Origin: Tubiluchus corallicola
Lineage: Eukaryota; Animalia; Priapulida
Assembly (NCBI GenBank): GCA_030141605.1
Contig: JAQGDQ010000199.1
Span: 214,430-270,346 of the forward strand
DNA length: 55,917 nt
Direction: 5' to 3'
Of the stretch, positions 13,901-24,375 are shown in pieces (position 1 is the first letter of the stretch; every line of letters starts with the position of its first letter). The position numbers were made by a program, and so were the translations under genes. Under the pieces are notes generated by a model that worked only from the letters and a program-made list of their open reading frames with translations, had not been told where the DNA came from and did not search any database.

Positions 13901-14401
13901 AGCTGATTATTGGTGTTTTAGGGAAAGGCAAAACTATGAGGGAGTCAGATTATAAAACTACACGTTTATTGAACATCAAACACAAAAAATATAACAGATA
14001 GTAATGCCAGCCCCCTGATCTAGCCTGCTCTCCTTCAAGACCCAGACTCAATTCCCAGAGCTGGGCTGAGCTGATTATTGGTGTTTTAGGGATGGCAAAA
14101 CTATGAAGAGTCAGATTATAAAACTACACGTTTATTGAACATCAAACACAATAAATATAACAGATAGTAATGCCAAGCCCCCTGATCTAGCCTGCTCTCC
14201 TTCAGCTCCCAGACTCAATCCCCAGAGCTGGGCTGAGCTGATTATTGGTGTTTTAGGAATGGCAAAACTATGAAGAGTCAGATTATAAAACTACACGTTT
14301 ATTAAACATCAAACACAATAAATATAACAGACAGTAATGCCAAGCACCCTGATCTAGCCTGCTCTCCTTCAGCTCCCAGACTCAATCCCCTGAGCTGGGC
14401 G
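13901..14401. repeat. Tandem repeat, ~168 bp x3, LTR-like on the - strand
   Basis: Units start at ~13902, 14070 and 14237 (gctgattattggtgttttagg). The - strand unit carries AATAAA; GATATAAG at ~14414-14420 lies upstream on the - strand. Confidence 0.85.
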
Positions 14402-15181
14402 CATCACAAGGCTTATATCTCGTGCGCCGAGCTTCGACACATCGACGCCTACGCTTCGGTTCTAAATCACTTGCTCACGTGACACCACTCTTTAATTGGC
14501 TTCATAGCATTCATCAAGTATGGGTTCTTTTCATCTTGATCTGTATTACAAATTCCGTACACTAATTACACAATAAATGCAATCATTGCAATTTTAATCA
14601 CATGATTAAATTCAATTCAATTCAATTTTTTATTCCAGTAACTAAGACCATACAGATAAGCGTATATAAGACCGTACGAGATGCGTTCGGGTAAGATCGT
14701 AAGCAGTTTTCTGTCGGTCACCAATCCACCTACAGTTACGGCCGGGAATACTGACCTTCTGTCCATGCGCAAGTATCTTACCACTCAGGTATTACTTCTG
14801 CAGAGGTATTATACACGAGAACTAAGCGCTTTGGTTTTATAAGTTTTTAGTCTTAACTTTGCTGGTTTTTAGTTGCTCGCTTGTGATGTAACCACTATAA
14901 ACAGATTTGTTTCGCCGTGAAGTCGGATTTGTATTCGTTCTCGGTCATGTACAGTATACTCATTGTGAGGCAAACAATGGGTACTCAATTTCCACGAAAA
15001 CTTGGACCACTTAACCGTAAACGCCTCTCTGTTAGCAGCTAGTTTATTGCCGTCAGTTGATAGTTTGCCATGCCCATCGTGGCTACTTCACACGCCACGC
15101 AATAAACAACAATAATCAGCAACCAGCTTTAATCACTATAATAAATAGACTTTAACGCAACTACTATGCCAATTATTTTAC

Positions 15182-15985
15182 TACAGGTGATGTTGTGCAC
15201 AGGCAGGTGTACGTGGTACAGGTGATGTTGTGCACAAGCATGTGTACATGGTACAGGTGATGTTGTGCACAGGCATGTGTACGTGGTACAGGTGATGTTG
15301 TGCACAGGCATGTGTATCTGGTACAGGTGATGTTGTGCACAGGCATGTGTACGTGGTACAGGTGATGTTGTGGACAGGCACGTGTACGTGGTACAGGTGA
15401 TGTTGTGCACAGGCACGTGTACGTGGTGAGGTGATGTTGTGCACAGACATGTGTACGTGGTACAGGTGATGTTGTGCACAGGCAGGTGTACGTGGTACAG
15501 GTCATGTTGTGCACAGGCATGTGTACGTGGTACAGGTGATGTTGTGCACCGGCATGTGTACCTGGTACAGGTGATGTTGTGCACAGGCATGTGTACGTGG
15601 TACAGGTGATGTTGTGCACAGGCATGTGTACGTGGTACAGGTGATGTTGTGCACAGGCATGTGTCCGTGGTACAGGTCATGTTGTGCACAGGCATGTGTA
15701 CGTGGTACAGGTGATGTTGTGCACAGGCATGTGTACGTGGTACAGGTCATGTTGTGCACAGGCATGTGTACGTGGTACAGGTGATGTTGTGTACAGGCAT
15801 GTGTACGTGGTACAGGTCATGTTGTGCACAGGCATGTGTACGTGGTACAGGTCATGTTGTGCACAGGCATGTGTACGTGGTACAGGTGATGTTGTGCACA
15901 GGCATGTGTCCATGGTACAGGTGATGTCGTGCACAGGCATGTGTACGTGGTACAGGTGATGTTGTGCACAGGCAGGTGTACATAG
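15182..15985. repeat. 35-bp minisatellite, ~23 copies
   Basis: Unit tacaggtgatgttgtgcacaggcatgtgtacgtgg. Confidence 0.95.
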
Positions 15986-16575
15986 TGAGGTGCTGTGACT
16001 TTAATATGGTAAGTAATGTTCCAAACGAGATATCCAGGCAGTTTGGTAGAAAAACCTAAATAAGCGAGTAACTCCGTGCTTCGCATTCCGAACTGTTCCC
16101 TAGAACATTTCGCGCCTCAAAATCCCTCTGATTTCACCCAAATGACTTCCGGATATCCGAACATTTTCACCAGCCTCGCACCAAGCAACACCAAGGCCGC
16201 GTTCACACTGCGTACGAAACTGTCCTCCTTATTTCCACTGCCAATTGTCACAGTCACTCATGCGACATGAGATCACATGGGAGATTTTACAATGGCCATT
16301 GACTGAAAGCATGTCAGTAAGCGTAACTGGGTCAGTAGTATGAAAGAGAGACAGAGAAAGAGAGACAGCAAGCGGACATCTAAAAGATGAAAGTGAAAAG
16401 AGATGCAGTGCCCGGAGCAGTGAACTTTCACTGTCTGCTAAGTTATGGCCTCCTGTTAGCGAAATCACATCCTCTTCACGTAACGTGTAACTGATACCGT
16501 TTCATGTGATTATTGGAGAGACTGACGAGAGTATTCTTGAAGATGATGGCAGTGTGCTGATTGAGAAACATTGAA

Positions 16576-19282
16576 ATGAATCTTAAGACAATTTTAACAC
16601 TTTTACTTCTGCTGTTTCTGTACACACAGGTAAGTTAATTGTGTCTAATTTTTTCGCACTGTTTCTGTACACACAGGTAAGTTAATTGTCTAATTTTTTC
16701 ACACTGTTTCTGTACACACAGGTAAGTTAATTGTCTAATTTTTACACATTGTTTCTGTACACAGGGGTAAGTTAATTGTGTCTAATTTTTTCACACTGTT
16801 TCTGTACATACAGGTAAGTTAATTGTCTAATTTTTTCACACTGTTTTTGTACATACAGGTAAGTTAATTGTCTAATTTTTTCACACTGTTTCTGTACATA
16901 CAGGTAAGTTAATTGTGTCTAATTTTTTCACACTGTTTCTGTACACACAGGTAAGTTAATTGTGTCTAATTTTTTCACACTGTTTCTGTACACACAGGTA
17001 AGTTAATTGTCTAATTTTTTCACTGTTTCTGTACATACAGGTAAGTTAATTGTGTCTAATTTTTTCACACTGTTTTTGTACACACAGGTAAGTTAATTGC
17101 GTCAAATTTTTTCACACTGTTTCTGTACATACAGGTAAGTTAATTGTCTAATTTTTTCACACTGTTTCTGTACATACAGGTAAGTTAACTGCCATATATT
17201 TTGAAATAGTTAATTTTTCCTCGGTGAAGACAATTATTGAAGAAAATAACTTGGATACGTAGTAATAGCAACTCCAAGTAGCAGTAGAATTTATGTGATT
17301 TCTTTTGTTTTCAGAGGAATGCAGCCCAGCCATCATCTTCTTTGTACAACACGGATCCTATGCCAACAAAAATAACTTATAGTGGCGTGCCACCTCAATA
17401 CAGAAGTCCAACTCGTAGCAATGGCAATTACTACCAAGACTCTTATCCGTCAAGGCCCACAGAATACAAAAACAATGCTGAATATTACAGTCATGGTGTG
17501 CCTTACTCCGGTGGACGTCCCATAAGTGGCAGTCAGCAGAGGTCATCAGCTCCAGTGCCAAAATCCCAGCTAGTAGCCGTCGCCAGATATGCGCCACCAG
17601 ACATAACTACGTATGGAAGACATGTTAGACCTGGTAGGCCACATGACTACAGGTATAAAGATGGAGAAACCTTCAGAAGTGAAGCAGAAGATAGTAATAA
17701 TGTTCTTATTACAAAACCCTTGGAAGCTCGCAGCACAGACCAACGCACATCAACATACAACAACAGAAGTCCACCATCAATAAGTTATAGGCAGCTATCA
17801 CCTCTGCCACATCCTTCAACTAACAGACAACAAACAGCAATAGGACCAACTTCAGATTATTTGAGCGTATATCAACAAGTGCCACAACAACCACCACCAT
17901 CTGGGTATCAACAAGTGCCACAACAACCACCACCATCTGGGTATCAACAAGTACCACAACAACCACCACCATCTGGGTATGAACAAGTGCCACAACAACC
18001 ACCACCATCTGGGTATCAACAAGTACCACAACAACCACCACCATCTGGGTATCAACAAGTGCCACAACAACCACCACCATCTGGGTATCAACAAGTGCCA
18101 CAACAACCACCACCATCTGGGTACCAACAAGTACCGCAACAACCACCACCATCTGGGTACCAACAAGTGCCACAACAACCACCACCATCTGGGTACCAAC
18201 AAGTGCCACAACAACCACCACTGTCTGGGTACCAACAAGTACCACAACAACCACCACCATCTGGGTACCAACAAGTACCGCAACAACCACCACCATATGG
18301 GTACCAACAAGTACCGCAACAACCACCACCATCTGGGTACCAACAAGTGCCACAACAACCACCACCATCAAGGTATCAACATCTGCCACAACAACCACCA
18401 CCATCTGGGTACCAACATGTGCCACAACAACCACCACCATCAAGGTATCAACATGTGCCACAACAACCACCACCATCTGGGTATCAACAAGTGCCACAAC
18501 AACACCCGATACATGATGAACAAGCGCCACCACCACCGCCATCACTTCATCAAGCTGCTGATGCTCATTATGGCAAACGAACGGGGCAAGGAGGCGCTGG
18601 GAACTCCGAAACTAACCATAAACATTTGAGGCACGGTGACGGAAATGCTGACGAACATGCAGGCGTAAATGATCACTACACAGGAGGACATGTAGGAGAT
18701 GTTTCTGGTTATTACAGAAGAGGTGCACACGAGTAAGTATAGATACTGTCGCAGATGCGAGCATTTAATTTACAGTTTATTATTAATTTTCATTTGTAGT
18801 TTTAAACTTTAGTTTTCCATTACCACTAAGTCAGTGCTGACATCTGTTTGTACACTTGGAAGTTTCCAATATATGTACGTACTTGCTACTGCTATATGTT
18901 TGTATGGAACTGGGTCACTTGGCTTCTCTGTGAATGTAGTAGTTTTTCACACTACTCACAGAGTAGACAGTCTCTAACAGAAAACAAATTCGATTAAAAT
19001 TGAATTTTTGACTTTCGAACTGGAATCGAACCGATTTTCAAGAGTTCAAGTCGAATTCAAACTCAGTTTTAATGATTTTCGAATCATTAATAAAAAAGTA
19101 GTAATGCATACTACTTGATTTTGTTGTCCAGTAAAAACGCACATAATTTGTTTAAAAATTCTACGCAGAAATCTCACTGAATTGTGCGGATTGCGTGATT
19201 TCAAACGTTTTAACGACAAGGAACTTTTGTCGGTGACGTGATGAATTATTCAAATACATAATTTTAGACTGGAATTCATCAA

Positions 19283-19327
<45 letters not shown>

Positions 19328-20597
19328 AATCATCATCATCATCACCATCGTCGTCATCACCATCACCACCATCATCGTCATCACCATCATCATCATCATC
19401 ATCATCATCCAATGAATCACACGTCCAGTGACATGATTCTGCTCACCTCCCTATGCCAGGACTCCCTGCTTGCCGCAATGCCCCAAGTACATTTATTTCT
19501 AAGGATCAATGTTGAAGTGTTTAAATCTTTCTGCGCAAAATCTAAATATGTTAACATTTGTCCTCCTGCAGGTTTTTTAGCTGGTTCTATGGCTTGTTGA
19601 AGAGCTATCTTCACTGGAATATCATCAGGTAGTCTAAGCATATGCCCAATCCATCTTAAACGGCGTCTTTTTATTTTTCTTGTCCAAGGTTCTTCTTTGA
19701 TTTTTTCATATAGAATGTTTGCTTGAAATTTTCTTTGGCCATCTAATACCCAAAGTGTTACTGTACTGGAATTGAAATCGAACGAATCAAACTTATTCAA
19801 ATCTTATTCGAACACTCACCCCTAGTAACAAGGCTATTTGGAACAGGCCAAAACAATTTTGTTCCTACAAAACAGAGTTATTCTTACTGTGGTAAAACAC
19901 AGACAGATAAATTGAGTTATTCATTTGCAAGTCATGATTAATTAGCCAATTAAATACACTTTCGAAATAAAATAATTAAATGTTGAAGCTACACGACCAG
20001 ACGGTTTAGTCTAGTGGTAATGCATCTGCTTTCCGTCTGGGAGGTCGTGAATTCGAACCAGCGGCCGGGTCATACCAAAGACTTTAAAAATGGCACTTGC
20101 TGTTGCCCTGCCTGGCGTGTGGTATTTAGGGTAAAAGTGGGGTAATAATAGCTTCTGTTATGTAGTTGTAGGTTGTTATTTAGAGTCGGTGATAATAGCT
20201 GTTTGAGCTAATGTTAATTGTTGACCCAAAAGCCGACTTTAAATAAAGAATATTATTATTATTGTTGTTGTTATTATTATTATTATTATTACACAAAATG
20301 TGTAGCCAAAGTTGCTAAATCCATTGTTGTTTGTTGTTATTTACAACTGATGTCTTGTTTGCTTATTAACAACAAACTCATTGATATTTCAGACAAGGAT
20401 ACGACCGCGTTCGTGAGTTCAGCCGTCGCCTTCGCGGTTTCCGTTACGGCTTTAAATGGGGCAAGTCCTGGCACATACCGGAGCCGTATCCCTACAAGGT
20501 CAAACCCGGGGAACCGGATCCCATTGGACTTGGATTGTCCGGAATGGACAGAGCTGCAAAGATTTATGCATATGGATCGCAATACGTTTTTGGCTGA
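16576..20597 (+). CDS. Secreted Pro/Gln/Tyr-rich repetitive protein (~558 aa), no family recognised
   Basis: Exon 1 16576-16629 encodes MNLKTILTLLLLLFLYTQ (signal peptide), donor CAG|GTAAGT. Exon 2 17315-18732 (acceptor TTTTCAG, phase 0, in frame with the 464-aa ORF). The ORF stop is part of a donor, GA|GTAAGT. Exon 3 20393-20597 (TTTCAG, phase 2) gives QGYDRVREFSRRLRGFRYGFKWGKSWHIPEPYPYKVKPGEPDPIGLGLSGMDRAAKIYAYGSQYVFG*. Confidence 0.75.
16612..17190 (+). repeat. 43-47-bp tandem repeat carrying 13 copies of a GTAAGT splice donor
   Basis: Unit ctgtttctgtacacacag|gtaagttaattgtgtctaattttttcaca; it is the end of exon 1 plus the start of intron 1 of the secreted-protein gene. Confidence 0.95.
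17870..18505 (+). repeat. Coding 36-bp tandem repeat (YQQVPQQPPPSG), ~17.5 copies
   Basis: In-frame repeat; much of the variation is synonymous (TAT/TAC, GTG/GTA, CCA/CCG). Confidence 0.95.
19277..19750 (-). mobile_element. RTE-like LINE 3' fragment with (GAT)n tail
   Basis: IKRRRLRWIGHMLRLPDDIPVK...W...A.SR..W motif; the microsatellite tail (19277-19410) follows the stop directly on the - strand. Confidence 0.8.
19995..20291 (+). mobile_element. tRNA-derived SINE, copy 1 (central domain resembles MetaSINE)
   Basis: A-box tagtctagtgg, B-box a/gttcgaacc, body ggtcataccaaagactttaaaaatgg..cttgctg, (TAT)n tail; near-identical copy at 21887-22122. The MetaSINE assignment is from recall and needs checking. 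Confidence 0.8.
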
Positions 20598-20837
20598 GAA
20601 AATACCTAGTTATTTACACGGAGATGATGAAAGCGATGGTAAAGAGGCGAAAGATACTAGCAAAAGAGGTACTAGCACATCATTCTCAACAGAACACAGC
20701 AAAAGAAGAGCAAAAATTGACAAGCATTGATTCTACAATCAAAAGCCTGATACGCAAAGACAATTATTAACTGTATTGTATGTAAGGATAGAGAAATCAT
20801 GTTTACAATGTGGGCAGAACTGCCAACCAATGTGTAC

Positions 20838-20971
20838 TCTCTCTCTTTCTCTCTCTCCCTCCCCCCTCTCTGTCTTTCTCTCTCCCTCCCCCCTCTCTCT
20901 CTCTCTCTCCCTCCCTCTCTCTCTCTCTCTCTCTCCCTCCCCCCTCTCTCTCTCTCTCTCCCTCCCCCCTA

Positions 20972-21012
<41 letters not shown>
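20838..21012. repeat. (CT)n/(AT)n low-complexity tract
   Basis: Direct reading. Confidence 0.9.
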
Positions 21013-21040
21013 GTTCAAATTTGCAACCTGATGGGTTTAT

Positions 21041-21583
21041 ACGAAAACCGGATGATTGTGTAAACATTAGTTCGGGATAAAGAATGCTTTAAAATATCGA
21101 AAACTATAAAAGCTTTTTTAAGTCGAAGTTTAGATTAAATAATAATTACCTCGGATGGTTAAATTTTGTTAAACTTTCAAAGTTACGCGCGGCTCAGTGA
21201 ATCTACTAAGATTGGCAACGGCGCCTTTTTGTCACGTTCGCGTGGCCGACAAATAGAAGCCGGTACCGTGGTAACCATGATCATGTACTGCAGTGTTAGT
21301 TTCAGACGGCATATGATGTAGAGCTCATTTTCGTGACATCACGTGTGTAAACAGTATTGTAACACGCAAATGTGCTTGACGTGCAACAGAAGATGTCTAC
21401 CATTGCACAAACTGTGGTTAGTTTCCGACGTAAGCAATAGCTGTGTTCGGTTGCCGTTAATTACCTTTCTAAGCTAATTATTCAAATATAAGAAACAATT
21501 GTTAACTTTTATAGGCAAGAAAATGTATATTTTGGACAGTAAATTAAAATGAGATTCAGTCTAAACAATCGTCCGGTCTTCCT
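21041..21583. mobile_element. Non-autonomous TTAA DNA transposon (Kolobok-like), copy 1
   Basis: TIRs a.gaaaaccggatgatt / aatcgtccggtcttcct; flanks ttat/ttaa; homologous copy in opposite orientation at 41643-42102. Confidence 0.75.
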
Positions 21584-21886
21584 TTAACAGAAGCAATCTG
21601 GTTTCTGATTACAAAATGTCTTGTTGGCATATTCTTACAGCTATGTTGGCCTAGGTAAGACTGTTACAACTTTGTATATAAAAGACTTTTTTATATTTTT
21701 TCAGAGTTACATGATCTTTATTATGATTTTACATTGTATACACACTATAATTAAATTACATTGAACTGCATTGAAAGTATTTACTATATTTAGACAATAT
21801 AACAGTAGTTCCTCAGTCATTACACTTAAATTAGTGCCCCCCCCCCCAAGAGTTTTCTAAAGTTTCTAAACTTTTCCAGAGTTTAC

Positions 21887-22122
21887 GGTCTGACGGTTTA
21901 GTCTAGTGGTAATGCATCTGCTTTCCGTCTGGGAGATCGTGAGTTCGAACCAGTGTCACACCAAACTTTAAAAATGCTACCTGCCTGACGCTTGGTATTT
22001 AGGGTAAAAGTGGGGTAATAATAGTCTCTGTTATGTAGTTGTAGGTTGTTATTTACAGTCGGTGATAATAGCTCTTTCAGCTAATGTTAATTGTTGACCC
22101 AAAAGACGACTTTAAATAAAGA
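21887..22122 (+). mobile_element. tRNA-derived SINE, copy 2
   Basis: Aligns by eye with 19995-20250 over most of its length. Confidence 0.8.
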
Positions 22123-22269
22123 TCATTAATACTAAAACGAAAACAACCAATCAAAATTTCGATTTACCCACAGTTATTCTAAACAATTCTATCAGTTATT
22201 ACAGCCTTAAAGAACAAAAGTTCAGGAAGAATAATCCTAGAGTTACGTTCATATTTTAACTTAAGAGCA

Positions 22270-23827
22270 ATTATTAAATTGAAATTAAAGAAGATTAAAT
22301 TTAACATCCTTAAGCTTTACCACCTATCCACATTTGAGCCACCAATGTCACATTTGACTTGACATGTGTCTACATTTGACTTACCAAAAATGCTTAAAAT
22401 TTCTTGAAAACAGATTTAACAAGACAATGCAATAATATGACAATTGATAATAATCAAAAAACTAATAATTAATAAAAATAAAATCAAGAAATCGTGAGCT
22501 TCACGACAAAAGTTTGTATGACCTTGAACATTTGCTTACAGCACACAGCTTATATTAGCAGTAATACTGTATAAAACTTGTAAATTCAAACTCTCCCGCT
22601 ATGGACGGCCATTTCAACGATCAGTCTTTATATGAGAAAAGTAAGACAATTCAGATAACATTTCATTTTGTCCGAAAAGATGATCAGACCATTCGTTCCT
22701 CACATTTTACCTCATTAACTAAAAAAACTACAAATTATTCTACAAGATCTATTATTCTCTTGCGAAAAACATAAATAATATATTCTTGGTGAGCCAGTGG
22801 TGCACACTGGGATGGTGAGCCAGTGGTGCACACTGGGATGGTGAGACAACGGTGCACACTGGGATGGTGAGACAACGGTGCACATTGGGATGAAGAGACA
22901 GTGATGTTCTACCAGTTGTTGCAAACATTCAAATTATTAATTTTTCATTTTCAATTACGTAAGTCTTTCAAACAGATACCCGTACTGCCAAGTCAGGGAT
23001 GAGAATGACAAATTGCAAAAAACTCTGAAACACGCCAGGGGTTTGGGGGCCGCGGAGCCCCCTTGGAACCAGCAAAAAATAGCAATTTTGTGACCACAGA
23101 GAGCTTCTAAGTGGACTTAAAATATCAATTACCTTGTTTCATGCATAATTTAAAATATCCAACTATCAAGGATACACGATACCTAATTGTCTCAAAAACG
23201 CCTTAGTACTGGCTGCTCCTATGCAAAAGTATATAAAAACTGTCTGCAATTGACTCAAATAACGCCACACAATTGATTCTATATTTTCATACATAGAGAT
23301 ATACACGTGGTTACACTGATGTACGTGATGTAAACAAAGTGACGGCCTGCCATCTAGCGGTCAGTTTGTGAAATAATGTACTGGGTCCGTAAAAATTTTC
23401 TCAGCGAATTTATGCGATTTACAAAAGTAGCACTACTATTCTTCCAAAACTCGGAATTCCGTGTATCAGCGGAAAATTCTCATCCCTGGGCTAAGTAATA
23501 TATGATTGTACAGAGATTTTTGAGACATACTTCAAAATTCCCTTTTCATGCCTGTTAAATGGCATCTTAGCAGCTTAGAACAAAAAAGTTTATATAGGTT
23601 TTACATGTCAAATGTAGATTTAGGTAATTCAAATGTCTCTTGGTAACTCAAATGTAGACTTAGGTAGTTCAAATGTGTTAACAATGGTTTTCAAGAAATC
23701 TTAAGCGTTTTTGGTAAGTCAAATGTAGACACATGTCAAGTCAAATGTGATATTGGTATCTCAAATGTGAATGGGTAGTAAAGCTTAAAGATGTTAAATT
23801 TAATCTCGTTTAATCTTAATTTAATAA
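22270..23827. mobile_element. Long-TIR/foldback non-autonomous DNA transposon
   Basis: 22270-22412 is the reverse complement of ~23688-23827 with few mismatches; subterminal acatttga motifs; a related fragment lies at ~24137-24205. Confidence 0.7.
22994..23488. mobile_element. hAT-like MITE nested in the foldback element
   Basis: Perfect 13-bp TIR CAGGGATGAGAAT / ATTCTCATCCCTG; 8-bp flanks tgccaagt / ggctaagt (6 of 8 match). Confidence 0.75.
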
Positions 23828-24375
23828 TCGTTGTGAAAATAATAACTTTATAGGTCTACTAATAGTTCACTAATATTCTGCAAACTTTAGATACCATTGG
23901 AACTGTTAGAGAAAACAATACATTCTTAAAATAAACAATGTTTCTTGAGAGAAACTAATTCATTAATGCAGTGCTAATGCATTACTTAAAAAACTAATTA
24001 GTGATTCACTGTTCTTTGGGAAGGGACAAACAACACATTTTTCATAGTTATGAAAGAGGTGATGACTATCTTTGGTTTATCTTTTTGTAATTTGCATTTA
24101 AATAACTTAATTACCGATTTATTCAAAGTAATGCATCTACATTTGACTTACCTAAGTCACATTTGAACTTTCCCGTGTTTACATTTGACGTGTAAAACTT
24201 ATAGAATTTATTTAACATGTATCATTACACGTAGCGAAGTCAGAGAAGTTAATGTGTATTAAGAATCGTTCATCAGATTATTGTTTGAATATACTTATTT
24301 ATTATTCATTAATTCATATATTCATTAATGAATATATTATTCATTAAAATCAACAAAACAACAAAGCTACAGTCC

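Noticed and set aside
15129-16086. Cys/His/Thr-rich ORFs, and a possible CRISPR-like array
   Set aside because: These are translations of a 35-bp minisatellite (period not a multiple of 3). Units are contiguous with no unique spacers, there are no cas genes, and the context is eukaryotic.
17820-18629. Long Val-, Trp- and His/Asn-rich ORFs in other frames
   Set aside because: Shadow frames of the 36-bp coding repeat; only the QQVPQQPPPSGY frame joins a signal-peptide exon and shows synonymous variation.
19995-20075. Functional tRNA-Gly(TCC) gene
   Set aside because: Arms pair poorly and the sequence continues into a shared SINE body present twice in the window.
20218-20770. 170-aa and 104-aa ORFs
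   Set aside because: The 170-aa ORF starts in a SINE tail; the phase-2 junction from 18732 selects a different frame (20393-20597).
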